The position numbers and the translations under genes are program-made. Below the pieces are notes generated by a model. That model had not been told where the DNA came from and made no database searches. It worked only from the letters and a program-made list of their open reading frames with translations. From an uncultured delta proteobacterium (GTDB lineage: Bacteria; Myxococcota; Kuafuiibacteriia; Kuafuiibacteriales; Kuafuiibacteriaceae): a DNA stretch of 64,000 bases. Location: assembly GCA_963803435.1 (NCBI GenBank), contig CAWDML010000007.1, positions 224,001 through 288,000 on the forward strand, written 5' to 3'. Of the stretch, positions 34,256 to 43,563 are shown one piece after another (position 1 is the first letter of the stretch; every line of letters starts with the position of its first letter).

Positions 34256-35160
34256 CTCTGCTCCGCCACCGCCAGCACGCCGGTGACCAGCTCGTCCGGC
34301 ACCTCCTCCTGGAGGAAGTGGCCGGCGTCGGTCTCGATCACGAACGCCTGGGGGAACAGCTCGCGGTGCCGCGCCAGCCCCCGGCCGAGGAGCGGATCGC
34401 GCTTGCCCCAGACCAGCGCCACCGGCCCCTTCCAGCGCGACCACCACTCGCCGATGGCGTCGATGACCGGCGTGCTCGGGTGCGTCTCCGCGTTCGGGAC
34501 CATCCGCGCCAGGCCCAGCGGCCCGGCCCGGTCCCACGGCATGAGGAAGGGATGGAAGTACGCTGCCAGCTCCTCGAGGCCCAGGCTGCTCCGATCCCCC
34601 TGGACGCTCTTGAGCACCGGCACGGGAAACGCCAGCCCGAAGAAGACGGCGTCGCTGATCAGCGGCAGGTGGGCGAAGCGATGGAACGCCTTGGGCCGGA
34701 ACGGGCGGGCCGGCTTCATGATCGCGGTATTGGCGAACACGGCGGCGGTGATCCGACCCGGCGCCACCCGCGAGGTGGCCCCCGCGATGACCGGGCCGCC
34801 CCAGTCCTGGCCGACGATGATCGCGTCGTCCAGATCGAGGGCCTCGATCAGGGCGCGCACGTCCTCGACGTGGCGCTCGAGCGTGTGGTCCCCGGGGCGC
34901 CGATACTTGTCCGAGCTGCCGAAGCCGATGAGGTCGGGCGCGACGGTGCGAAAGCCGCGGGCGCGCAGCATCGGGATCATCTTCCGGTAGAGGTAGCTCC
35001 AGGTGGGGTTGCCGTGGACCATCAGCACCGGGCGACCCTGGCCCTCGTCGACGAAGACCATCCTCTTGCCGGAGGGGAGCACGAGCGCGCGGCGATCGAA
35101 CGGGAGCCGGCGCGCGAGCCAGCCGGGAAGCTTGGGTGCATCGGTGAACGTTGCGGTCAT
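34201..35160 (-). CDS. Haloalkane dehalogenase-like alpha/beta hydrolase
   Basis: HGNPTWSYLYR, PDLIGFG, QDWGG, GHFLQE. Confidence 0.9.
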   Translation of the reverse strand: MTATFTDAPKLPGWLARRLPFDRRALVLPSGKRMVFVDEGQGRPVLMVHGNPTWSYLYRKMIPMLRARGFRTVAPDLIGFGSSDKYRRPGDHTLERHVEDVRALIEALDLDDAIIVGQDWGGPVIAGATSRVAPGRITAAVFANTAIMKPARPFRPKAFHRFAHLPLISDAVFFGLAFPVPVLKSVQGDRSSLGLEELAAYFHPFLMPWDRAGPLGLARMVPNAETHPSTPVIDAIGEWWSRWKGPVALVWGKRDPLLGRGLARHRELFPQAFVIETDAGHFLQEEVPDELVTGVLAVAEQSQSMKKSGMSSAPGVTAY

Positions 35161-35190
35161 GGCCGGCGGATCCGAGACCCGATACGGGTG

Positions 35191-35219
35191 CGGGTCAAGG
35201 ATCGACGCAGGTCACCACC
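35191..35219. repeat. 29-bp direct repeat, copy 1 (duplicate of the 3' end of gene 37297-38451)
   Basis: CGGGTCAAGGATCGACGCAGGTCACCACC, identical to 37293-37321. Confidence 0.9.
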
Positions 35220-35427
35220 AGTGTACCGTAGGGACGTAGGACGAGAGCCGAGCGTGGTCGCGCTACGGCCGAGCGGGGTCGTCTGCCTCGAGCTTCCTCC
35301 GCTCCGCCTCGATCGTGCGCTGGACGCGCAGTGAGCCGACCTGGGCGCAGCGCGCGAGAGACCGAAGGTAGCCTCGACCTCGTGATCAACCATCGCGAGG
35401 CTCCCCATCGCCCCCCCGGATTGGTCG

Positions 35428-37095
35428 TCACGGGCCGGCGCTCGCCGACAGCACCCGGAATCCGCGAGGCTCCAGCGTGAGGCGGAGCGGCTCGCCGTCC
35501 GAGGCGCGCTCCACGACATCGCCGCCGGCGAGGTCGACGAAGCGGCGCCCGAGCGGAGTGCCCTCGGGGGGGATCACGACGTCGTTTGGGCGCGTCGAGA
35601 AATTGTAGACGACGAGCAGCGCCTCGCCGGCGACGCTGCGCGTGAGCGCGAGCGGCTCGGAGGCGGAGCCGCTGGCGGGGAGGATCCGCGTGAGACCTCG
35701 GCGGAGCGCGGCGTGGTCGCGGCGGAGGCGGATCAGCGCGCGGTAGAGCTGGTAGAGGCTGCCGGGATCGTCGCGCTGGCCGGCGACGCTCTCTCCGCGG
35801 GCGGTACTCACCGGCTCGGCCCAGGGAACGGCGGTGGAGAAGCCGGCGTTCGGATCGTCCGACCACTGCATCGGCCGCCGGGTGTCGGTGTTGCCGTCCC
35901 CATTTCGCATCCCGATCTCTTCGCCGTAGTAGATCCAGGGCGTCCCGGGCCAGGTGAGCAGCAGCGCGGCGGCGAGCCGGAGCGCGCCGGGACCCAGATT
36001 TGCAAGGGAAGTTGCGATCCGCGGCTGGTCATGGTTCGAGAGGAAGGTGGCGGCGGTCCCCCAGTTGGGGACGCGGCGCAGGCGCTCGGCGAGGGTGGAA
36101 CTCGCCCGACCGGCGTTCTCCTGACGGATCGAGTCGGTGATGCCGTAGGAAGAGTCGAAGTCGAACGCCATCTGGAGCTCAGGCGCGCCGGCGCCGCCGA
36201 AGTAGCCGGCGACGATCGCCGTCTCGGCCCAGACCTCACCCACCAAGAACGACGAGGGGCGCGAGGCCGTGCAGGCGACCCGCAGCTCGCGCCAGAACGC
36301 GTGAGTCTCGGGGGTGTCCTGCTGGCCGGGGCCCGGGCCGGTTTCGACCAGGTAGCGGGCGCCGTCGAGACGGAAGCCGTCGAGGCCGCGCTCGAGCCAG
36401 AAGGCGGCCACGTCGAGCATCTCGGCGCGCAGAGCAGGGTTCGTGTAGTCGAGGTCCGGCATATGCGAGGAGAAGACGCCGTAGTACCAGCGCCCGTCGC
36501 GCGCGTGCCATGCCGAGCCGTTGCTCCACGGTTGCGACCATCCGGGATCGACGTCGCTCCAGACGTACCAGTCCGCGTGCTCGGCCGCGAACCAGGGGTG
36601 CTCGGTCGACGTGTGGTTCGTGACGTGATCGAGGATCACGTGCATCCCGCGGGCGTGCGCGGCGGCGAGCAGCTGGTCGAGATCGGCGAACGTGCCGTAC
36701 GCGGGATCGATCGCGCGGTAGTCCGTCACCTCGTAGCCGTGCCAGCTGGAGCCCTTCGCCAGCGGCATCAGCCAGAGGAGATCGACGCCGAGCGTATGGA
36801 GGTCGTCGAGCCTTCCTCGGAGGCCCTGGAGATCGCCGATGCCGTCGACGTCCGAGTCCTGGAAGCTGCGGACGAAGAGCTCATAGCCGATCGCGTCGCG
36901 GTACCAGTCGGCCCTCTCGACCGCGCCGGCGTCGGGCGGATCCGGGATCGCTGCGTCGGTCTCGGTCGCAACCTCAGCGTCGCGGGGGCCGCCGTCATAC
37001 CGGACGAAGCCGCCGTCGACCTCGCGGCCGGCGTCCGGCTTCGGCATCGTCGAGGTGCAGGCGATCAGGGCCAGGGATCCGATCGCGGCGCGCAC
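35428..37095 (-). CDS. GH13 alpha-amylase family lipoprotein
   Basis: Lipobox LIAC; RSFQDSDVDGIGD, HGYEVTDY, NHTS, GFRLDG, VGEVW, NHDQPR, YYGEEIG. Confidence 0.92.
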   Translation of the reverse strand: MRAAIGSLALIACTSTMPKPDAGREVDGGFVRYDGGPRDAEVATETDAAIPDPPDAGAVERADWYRDAIGYELFVRSFQDSDVDGIGDLQGLRGRLDDLHTLGVDLLWLMPLAKGSSWHGYEVTDYRAIDPAYGTFADLDQLLAAAHARGMHVILDHVTNHTSTEHPWFAAEHADWYVWSDVDPGWSQPWSNGSAWHARDGRWYYGVFSSHMPDLDYTNPALRAEMLDVAAFWLERGLDGFRLDGARYLVETGPGPGQQDTPETHAFWRELRVACTASRPSSFLVGEVWAETAIVAGYFGGAGAPELQMAFDFDSSYGITDSIRQENAGRASSTLAERLRRVPNWGTAATFLSNHDQPRIATSLANLGPGALRLAAALLLTWPGTPWIYYGEEIGMRNGDGNTDTRRPMQWSDDPNAGFSTAVPWAEPVSTARGESVAGQRDDPGSLYQLYRALIRLRRDHAALRRGLTRILPASGSASEPLALTRSVAGEALLVVYNFSTRPNDVVIPPEGTPLGRRFVDLAGGDVVERASDGEPLRLTLEPRGFRVLSASAGP

Positions 37096-37108
37096 TCGCG
37101 CAGCGTGT

Positions 37109-37124
37109 CGCAACCGGCGGACCA
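37109..37124 (-). promoter_or_regulatory. Putative sigma54 promoter (GH13 gene)
   Basis: TGGTCCGCCGGTTGCG; 15 nt from the -12 C to GTG 37095. Confidence 0.6.
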
Positions 37125-37292
37125 GGGGGCACCGACTCGGCAGGCGGGCGATCGGGCGGTCGATTCTGGAGCGGGTGGCTCAGATCGAACCGGCTTTCGC
37201 CGGGAACAGCCCGAGTCAAGGACGCCGGCCGCCGCGATCGCGCGTCTATGGGCCCTTGCCACCACGGGTCCGCCGCTCGCCAGCTCCCGCTA

Positions 37293-37321
37293 CGGGTCAA
37301 GGATCGACGCAGGTCACCACC
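37293..37321. repeat. 29-bp direct repeat, copy 2
   Basis: Encodes VVTCVDP-stop plus 4 bp on the minus strand; identical to 35191-35219. Confidence 0.9.
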
Positions 37322-38451
37322 GCCGTGTCGCCGGAGTTCTCCACCGGACCGTAGCCGGTGACGTGCCCGAGCGCGCGGCAGTAGCGGTTGATCGCCGCGT
37401 TGCAGTCGGGGCCGATCCGTGAGGCGGTCGTGCAGCCGGCGTGCTGCGCGGAGAGATCGGTGTAGCTGGTGACGATCACCGTGCCCTCGCCGTTCGGGAC
37501 GCACTCGACCAGCGCGCTGTCGGGTCCCTGCTCGGCCGGGCCGAAGCCGCTGGCGTAGCCCTTCGACGTGCAGTAGCGGTGCATGGCGGCGTTGCAGTTC
37601 GGGCCGATGCGCTCGCCCGTGCCGTTGCAGCTGGCGTGGTGCGTGGCGAGCTCTGCGTAGGAGACGTCGAATCCGTCGGCGCGGACGCAGCCGGCGTGGA
37701 AGGCGTCCAGGTAGTTCTCGAGCGGACCGAAGCCGGTGGTGGTGCAGGCCTGCGCGGCGCAGAAGCGATGGACCGCCGCGTTGCAGTCGGGACCGATGCG
37801 CTCGCCGCTACCGTCGCAGCTCGCGTGCAGGCTGCGCATCACCGTATACGACGACTCGATGGCGACGGCGCGGAAGCCTTCGTCGATCACGCCGTTGCAG
37901 TCGTCGTCGATCCGGTTGCAGGTCTCGGCCTGCGGAGCCGCGGGCGTGCAAGCGCTGAAGACGCCGTCCTCGCAGATGGACGCCGACGCGCAGGCGCCGG
38001 TGCCGCAGGTCTCGCCCGTGAGCTCTTCGTCGACGGCGCCGTCGCAGTCGTCGTCGATCCCGTTGCAGGTCTCGGGCTGCGGCTCGCCGGGGGTGCAGCC
38101 GACCGGACGTCCGTCCTGACAGAACGGCACCGAGCGGCGGCACGCGCCCGCGCCGCAGAAGCCTTCGCCGAGGTCTTCGTCGATCTCGCCGTCGCAGTCG
38201 TCGTCGAGGCCGTTGCAGGCCTCGAAGGCGCCGGGGTGGATGGCGAGGTTCGAGTCGTCGCAGTCGAGCGCGGGGCACGCCGGATCGGTCCCGAAGCCGT
38301 CGCCGTCCTGGTCGGAGAGGCCACAAGGATCGGCCGGCGGCACATCCGCCCCATCACCGCCCGCGTCGGGTGAATCGATGACGATCGGGGGGGCCGCGTT
38401 GCAGCTGAGGAGCATGAGGAGCCCCGAGAGCACGATCGCGCGCCGACCCAC
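37297..38451 (-). CDS. Cys-rich lipoprotein with MopE-related metal-binding repeats and three C-terminal Cys repeats
   Basis: Lipobox LLSC; DQDGDGFG, DCDD...HPGA.E.CNGLDDDCDG and two further ExCNxIDDDC units; three SY...H..C...RIGPxCNAA.xR.C...GFGP.E units. Confidence 0.8.
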   Translation of the reverse strand: MGRRAIVLSGLLMLLSCNAAPPIVIDSPDAGGDGADVPPADPCGLSDQDGDGFGTDPACPALDCDDSNLAIHPGAFEACNGLDDDCDGEIDEDLGEGFCGAGACRRSVPFCQDGRPVGCTPGEPQPETCNGIDDDCDGAVDEELTGETCGTGACASASICEDGVFSACTPAAPQAETCNRIDDDCNGVIDEGFRAVAIESSYTVMRSLHASCDGSGERIGPDCNAAVHRFCAAQACTTTGFGPLENYLDAFHAGCVRADGFDVSYAELATHHASCNGTGERIGPNCNAAMHRYCTSKGYASGFGPAEQGPDSALVECVPNGEGTVIVTSYTDLSAQHAGCTTASRIGPDCNAAINRYCRALGHVTGYGPVENSGDTAVVTCVDP

Positions 38452-38545
38452 GGTGCCTGTGTCGGTGCGAGGGCGCGCGACGTCAAGTCGGCCGACCGCC
38501 GGAGGATTGATGTCCACGGACGAACGCGGCACCGTTCGGGTCGGC

Positions 38546-40225
38546 ATGAGGTACCTGCTCATCGCGTGCGCGCTGGTGGCGTGCAATCGAGATGCTCCGC
38601 CTCGGGAGATGATGCCTCCCGAAGATCCGGACCCGACGATGACGCCGGATCCCGATCCGGATCCCGAGGATCCGCCGCCGGTGGAGCTCCCGCCGTTCGC
38701 ACCCTACGAGGCGAGCCTCCACCGGCTCACGCTCGGCCAGTATCGCAACTCGGTCCGCGATCTTCTGGGCGACGTCACGGTGCCCGAGGATCTCGAGGTC
38801 GACACCTCGCTCCACGGCTTCACCACCGTGGGCGCCACCGAGCTCACCGTGCCGCCCCACGCCGCCGAGCAGTACGAAGACGCCGCCCGCAGTCTGGCCG
38901 CGCAGGTCTTCGCCGATCGGGATCGCGCCACCGCCTTCGTCGGCTGCACGCCCGCCAACGCCGACGATCCCTGCGTCCGCGACTTCCTGGCCCGCTTCGG
39001 CCGCCGCACCTTCCGCCGCCCGCTGACCGGCGACGAGCTCGACCTCTGGCAGGGCGTCACGCGCACCATCTTCGCCGGCTTCGGCGACGTCTGGGCCTCG
39101 CTCGAGCTGACCACGGCCGGCCTGCTCGAGTCGCCGTACTTCCTCTTCCGCGTCGAGCTGGGCGAGCCCGATCCCGAAGACCCCGTGCGCCTCCGCTTCA
39201 CCGGCTTCGAGATGGCGAGCCGCCTGGCGTACTTCATCTGGAGCACCACGCCCGACGACGCCCTCCTCGACGCCGCCGCCGCCGGCGAGCTCGACACCCC
39301 CGAGGGCGTGCGCCGCCAGGCCCAGCGCCTCCTCGAGGACCCGCGGGCCCGCACCGCGCTGCGCGAGTTCTTCCTCGAGTACTTCAAGCTCGATCGGCTG
39401 GACGGCATGACCAAGAGCAACGACGTCTTCCCGCAGATGTCCCCCACGCTGGGCGAGTCGATGAAGCAGGAGGTCCTGCTGCTCATCGACGACATCGCGT
39501 TCGAGCGCGACGGCGATCTCCGCGAGATCCTCGACAGCCGCACCAGCTTCGTGAACGCCGAGCTGGCCCGCCTCTACCAGATCCCCGGCGAAGTGCCCGA
39601 GACGGGCTTCACCAAGATCGAGCAGCCAGACAACAGCCCGCGGGCCGGCCTCCTCACCAGCGGCGCGTTCCTCGCCCTCAACGCGCACGCCACCGTCACC
39701 TCGCCCACCTACCGGGGCCGCTTCATCCGCCAGTACCTGCTCTGCCAGGAGATCCCGCCGCCGCCCGCCGGCGTGAACACCACGCTCCCCGCCGGGGATC
39801 CGAACACCCAACCGGAGACGCTGCGGCAGCGGATCGAGCGCCTCCACCTCCAGCAGCCCACCTGCGCCGGCTGCCACAACCTGATGGACCCGCTCGGCTT
39901 CTCGCTCGAGTCCTTCGACGCCATCGGCGCCTACCGCACCACGGAGAACGGCCTGCCGATCGACACCCGCGGCGAGCTCGACGGCGCCAAGTTCTCCAAC
40001 GCAAGACAGCTTGCCGGCATCCTGCGGGACCGCACCGACGTCGCCGCCTGCATCTCGCGGCTGACCTACCGGTACGCCTCCGGCCACCTGGAGAGCATGG
40101 GTGAGAAGCGCGTGCTGAAGTCGCTCAGCGACGCCTTCGCCGACTCCGGCTTCTCCTTCCAGCACCTGGTGCTCGACATCGTCACCAGCGACGGCTTCCG
40201 CTTCGCGGTGGAGCAGGGAGAGTGA
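38546..40225 (+). CDS. DUF1587/1595/1592/1588/1585 (PSD/PSCyt3) lipoprotein
   Basis: Lipobox LVAC, RLTLGQYRNSVRDL, FRRPL, LESPYFLFRVE, EMASRLAYFIW, RAGLL, SPTYRG, CAGCHNLMDPLG. Confidence 0.9.
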   Translation: MRYLLIACALVACNRDAPPREMMPPEDPDPTMTPDPDPDPEDPPPVELPPFAPYEASLHRLTLGQYRNSVRDLLGDVTVPEDLEVDTSLHGFTTVGATELTVPPHAAEQYEDAARSLAAQVFADRDRATAFVGCTPANADDPCVRDFLARFGRRTFRRPLTGDELDLWQGVTRTIFAGFGDVWASLELTTAGLLESPYFLFRVELGEPDPEDPVRLRFTGFEMASRLAYFIWSTTPDDALLDAAAAGELDTPEGVRRQAQRLLEDPRARTALREFFLEYFKLDRLDGMTKSNDVFPQMSPTLGESMKQEVLLLIDDIAFERDGDLREILDSRTSFVNAELARLYQIPGEVPETGFTKIEQPDNSPRAGLLTSGAFLALNAHATVTSPTYRGRFIRQYLLCQEIPPPPAGVNTTLPAGDPNTQPETLRQRIERLHLQQPTCAGCHNLMDPLGFSLESFDAIGAYRTTENGLPIDTRGELDGAKFSNARQLAGILRDRTDVAACISRLTYRYASGHLESMGEKRVLKSLSDAFADSGFSFQHLVLDIVTSDGFRFAVEQGE

Positions 40226-40227
40226 TC

Positions 40228-41583
40228 ATGAAGCTCGATCGTCGCATGTTCCTGCGCGGCGTCCTGGGCGGCACGGCCGTCTCGGTGGCGCTCCCGCCGC
40301 TCGAGGCGATGTTCGGCGTCAACGGCCGCGCCCTGGCTGCCGGCGGCGCACCGCCCAAGCGCTTCATCGTGTGGTTCTGGGGCAACGGCATCCGCCGCGC
40401 CCAGTGGACACCCGACGTCGTGGGCCCGGCCTGGCAGCCCAAGGCCGAGATGGCGCCGCTCCTGGCCGACCCGGCGCTCAAGCCGTATCTGGCGCCGGTG
40501 ACCGGCTACGAGATCAAGACCGACACGCACCCGCACCACTCGGGCATGGCCGGCATCATGACCGGCGCCAAGTACTTCCTGGTGGGCCCGGTGCGCGACA
40601 CCATCGTCTCGACGTTCGCCTATCCCTCGATCGACCAGGTGGTGGCCGACTCGCTGGCGGCGCAAGATCCCACCTCCCGCACGCCCTTCCGCAGCATCGA
40701 GCTGGGCGTCAGCCGTTTCCGCGGCAGCGACGAGGGGACCACGTTCCAGCACCTCTCGCACAACGGGCCCAACAACGTGAACCCGTCGGAGTACGAGCCC
40801 ATCCGCGTCTTCAACCGGCTCTTCGGGATGCCCTCGGACGCTCAGCGCGACGGTGCCCGCCGGTCCGTGCTCGACGCCGTGCTCACCCAGATCGACGGCC
40901 TCAAGCAGCGCGTGGGCGCCCGCGATCGGACGCGCCTCGATCAGCACTTCGAGAGCGTCCGCGCCATCGAGCTCCGCCTGGCCGCCACCGCGGTGCAGTG
41001 CACGCGACCGGACCGGCCGCTCGACGGCTACCCGGACGTGGACGGCCACGAGCAGATCCGCGAGCGCAACGAGATCATGAGCGACCTGATGGCGACCGCC
41101 TTCGCCTGCGATCTCTCGCGGGTGGGCTCGGTCCTGTTCAGCACGGCCGGCTCGGGCGTGATCTACTGGATGGTGGGCGCCCAGAACGGCTTCCACCAGA
41201 TCTGCCACGACGAGCGCGACACCGGCCCCGAGCAGCAGCCGACGGTCCACGCCGGCGTCACCTTCGAGATGGAGCAGCTCGCCTACTTCCTCAACCGGCT
41301 CCGCACCACCGAGGAGGGCGACGGCAACCTGCTCGACAACAGCGCCGTCCTCTGCACCACCGAGCTGTCGGAGGGCTTCACGCACTCGAACGACGAGTTC
41401 CCGATCATCGTCGCGGGGCGGGCCGGCGGCGCGCTCAATCCCGGCAAGCACGTCCGCTCGAGCTCCCGCGAGAACACGACCAAGGTGCTGCTGACGCTCC
41501 TGCGCGCGATGGGTGACACGCGTCCGAGCTACGGCGTCGACCTCGGCGCCACCTCCGACGTGATCTCCGAGCTCCTCACCTAG
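40228..41583 (+). CDS. DUF1552 family Tat-exported protein
   Basis: LDRRMFLRG, VALPPLEAM, PSIDQVVA, RSVLD, FACDLSRV, HQICH, NLLDNS; follows the DUF1592 gene. Confidence 0.9.
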   Translation: MKLDRRMFLRGVLGGTAVSVALPPLEAMFGVNGRALAAGGAPPKRFIVWFWGNGIRRAQWTPDVVGPAWQPKAEMAPLLADPALKPYLAPVTGYEIKTDTHPHHSGMAGIMTGAKYFLVGPVRDTIVSTFAYPSIDQVVADSLAAQDPTSRTPFRSIELGVSRFRGSDEGTTFQHLSHNGPNNVNPSEYEPIRVFNRLFGMPSDAQRDGARRSVLDAVLTQIDGLKQRVGARDRTRLDQHFESVRAIELRLAATAVQCTRPDRPLDGYPDVDGHEQIRERNEIMSDLMATAFACDLSRVGSVLFSTAGSGVIYWMVGAQNGFHQICHDERDTGPEQQPTVHAGVTFEMEQLAYFLNRLRTTEEGDGNLLDNSAVLCTTELSEGFTHSNDEFPIIVAGRAGGALNPGKHVRSSSRENTTKVLLTLLRAMGDTRPSYGVDLGATSDVISELLT

Positions 41584-41588
41584 CCTCG

Positions 41589-42365
41589 TCAGCTCCGGCC
41601 GTTGGGCCGCCCGGGGTCGTCCTGCGCCAGGTCGGGCGCGATCAGGTGGAACGGGTCCCGCTCCAGATGCGCTCGCCACATCGAGAGCCAGGACGACCAC
41701 TGGTGGCGGCCTTCGATCACGTGCACGTCCTTCTTGGGCAGCACCGCCGCCAGCAGGGACAGCGTGCTCGCCATTCGATCCTGCGTGCCGTACATGAGAT
41801 CGATCGGCGGATCGGACCTCCCGCGCGCGTAGTCGGCCAGGAACAGCCACACGAACTCCACGTCCTCGTAGGGCGGGTTGGGCCACCACCGCCGCAAGCC
41901 ACCTTGCGCTTTGATCTCCCGCGCGAACATCCTGGGCCCGAGGAACGGTGCGAACAGGATCAAGCCGTCGACCTGCTCCGGATGGCGCCGTGCATAGAGG
42001 AGCGCACCCAGCCCTCCGATCGAGACGCCGAGCAGGATCACGCGCCGGAAGCCGCGGCGGCGCGCCGGCAGCATCACGTCCTCGTGAATGCGCTCCGCCA
42101 GATCGCCGTCGAGGAAGTACGCGACCTTGATCTCGATCGCGATCGCGTCCACATCCGCGTGGCGCGCCTCCAGCTCCTGGACGAAATGATGGGCGCGAAA
42201 GCTCTCCGGCCGATCGCCGGCGCCGTGGATCATCACCAGCAGAGTGCGGCTCTTCGAGCTCACCGGAAACTCCACCGTTCTAAGCGGCCCGCTCGATGAT
42301 CCGAGGATGAGGGTCCGACAGCCGCCGAGAAGAGGGATCAGGGCTACGACCGCGAGCGCTCTCAC
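41589..42365 (-). CDS. Alpha/beta hydrolase lipoprotein
   Basis: MRALAVVALIPLLGGC, GVSIGG, GTQD, GRHQW; start chosen from promoter spacing. Confidence 0.8.
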   Translation of the reverse strand: MRALAVVALIPLLGGCRTLILGSSSGPLRTVEFPVSSKSRTLLVMIHGAGDRPESFRAHHFVQELEARHADVDAIAIEIKVAYFLDGDLAERIHEDVMLPARRRGFRRVILLGVSIGGLGALLYARRHPEQVDGLILFAPFLGPRMFAREIKAQGGLRRWWPNPPYEDVEFVWLFLADYARGRSDPPIDLMYGTQDRMASTLSLLAAVLPKKDVHVIEGRHQWSSWLSMWRAHLERDPFHLIAPDLAQDDPGRPNGRS

Positions 42366-42377
42366 GGGTGGAGATCG

Positions 42378-42393
42378 TGCACGCGACATGCCG
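42378..42393 (-). promoter_or_regulatory. Putative sigma54 promoter (hydrolase)
   Basis: CGGCATGTCGCGTGCA; 14 nt to GTG 42365. Confidence 0.7.
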
Positions 42394-42434
42394 ACGGCGC
42401 TGCGCATCGTGGAGCGGCCTTTTTCGCCGCGTGC

Positions 42435-42450
42435 TGGAACGCTCGGTGCA
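42435..42450 (+). promoter_or_regulatory. Putative sigma54 promoter (USP)
   Basis: TGGAACGCTCGGTGCA; 14 nt to ATG 42463. Confidence 0.72.
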
Positions 42451-42462
42451 GGCGATCGGACC

Positions 42463-42927
42463 ATGCAGCCGTTCGAGAAGATCCTGGTGCCGATCGACTT
42501 CTCTCGGGGCTCATTTCAGGCGGCACGACGTGCAGTCATGCTCGCCCCGCCGCTGGGGCGGGTCGACCTGCTCCACGTCGCCCGCATTCCCGTCGCGGTG
42601 CTCACCCCGCCGTCGGATCTCCCGCTCGACGACAGCTCGACGATGATCGATCTGCAGGAGACCACCAGCGCGCTGGAGGCCGAGCTGCACGGCGTCCGGA
42701 ACACGTTGCGCCGTCTCAACCCCGAGGTCCACGTGACGACGCAGGTGATCTACGGCGACCCGGCCGCGGTGATCATCTCCGAGTCGAAGGACTACGATCT
42801 CGTGGTAGTCGGGGCCAGCCACCACCGGGGTCGACTCAGCCGCTTCTTCCTGGGGAGCGTCGCCGCCAAGGCGGTCGAAGAGGCCAAGTGTCCCGTGCTG
42901 GTCGAGCGGGAGCTCGTCAACGAGTGA
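42463..42927 (+). CDS. Universal stress protein
   Basis: KILVPIDFS, GDPAAVI, DLVVVG, FLGSVA, CPVLV. Confidence 0.93.
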   Translation: MQPFEKILVPIDFSRGSFQAARRAVMLAPPLGRVDLLHVARIPVAVLTPPSDLPLDDSSTMIDLQETTSALEAELHGVRNTLRRLNPEVHVTTQVIYGDPAAVIISESKDYDLVVVGASHHRGRLSRFFLGSVAAKAVEEAKCPVLVERELVNE

Positions 42928-43369
42928 GCTCCCGGCGAAGCTTCTCATAACCTTCCTTGAGCTCTTCGATCAGGAGCTCGGTGGCTGCCGCGACCTCACT
43001 CACCGCCTCCCGAGAGGTGTCGCGGACCGCGCCGGCCTTCCCCATCAGCTTCGACCACCGTGACTCGAGCTTCTCGAAGGCTTCCTTGGCCTCGCTGCGG
43101 GCCAGGTGCATGCGAACGTGCACCTCGTCTCGAAGCTGGGCGAGGTCGAGCATGCGCGTCTCCACCTCGGGGACGGCGTCTGCCCGCGCTCGACCGATCC
43201 TCTCCGCTTCACGGAGCTCGCCGGTGTCGTGCTCCACGGCCTCCTTCGCTTCTTCTGCGAGCCGCCCCACGTCCTTCGTCTTGAGCGTCTCGCGGACGCC
43301 CTCGCGGTACTTCTGATCCGCGGTGCGGCTCCCCTCGCCCTCGTTCTTCTGGTCGTTCTTTCGGGACAT
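42917..43369 (-). CDS. Hydrophilic helical hypothetical protein (150 aa)
   Basis: AAAGGAG RBS; NEGEGSRTADQKY module followed by LRDEVHVRMHLA...AKEAFEKLE module. Confidence 0.75.
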   Translation of the reverse strand: MSRKNDQKNEGEGSRTADQKYREGVRETLKTKDVGRLAEEAKEAVEHDTGELREAERIGRARADAVPEVETRMLDLAQLRDEVHVRMHLARSEAKEAFEKLESRWSKLMGKAGAVRDTSREAVSEVAAATELLIEELKEGYEKLRRELTR

Positions 43370-43397
43370 GCTCGGTGCTCCTTTCGAGGACCAGAGG

Positions 43398-43413
43398 AGC
43401 AGCGACCGTGCCA
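43398..43413 (-). promoter_or_regulatory. Putative sigma54 promoter
   Basis: TGGCACGGTCGCTGCT; 30 nt to ATG 43369, with an SD. Confidence 0.8.
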
Positions 43414-43524
43414 CCGTCCTGAATGGAAGGATCTGCGCCCGGGGCGGAGGTCCCTTTGAGCGCACCGACGGGCGGCCGTGACGTTCCTGCGGCAGGATCA
43501 GGCCGAGAGCCCTGCCCCATCTTT

Positions 43525-43540
43525 TGGTATGAAGCCTGCT
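43525..43540 (+). promoter_or_regulatory. Putative sigma54 promoter (kinase)
   Basis: TGGTATGAAGCCTGCT; 25 nt to ATG 43564. Confidence 0.7.
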
Positions 43541-43563
43541 CCTCTAGGCGTCGAGCTTCACCG

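Noticed and set aside
31512-37321. Diversity-generating retroelement (Avd-like fragment plus a repeat of a gene 3' end)
   Set aside because: No reverse transcriptase in the window; the repeat is only 29 bp with no adenine-specific mismatches; the four-helix gene is truncated.
35191-37321. CRISPR array or integron cassette
   Set aside because: Only two copies 2.1 kb apart; no cas or integrase gene and no attC-like palindrome seen.
38620-38680. GATCCC/GATCCG short tandem repeats
   Set aside because: They encode the Asp-Pro linker of the DUF1592 lipoprotein.
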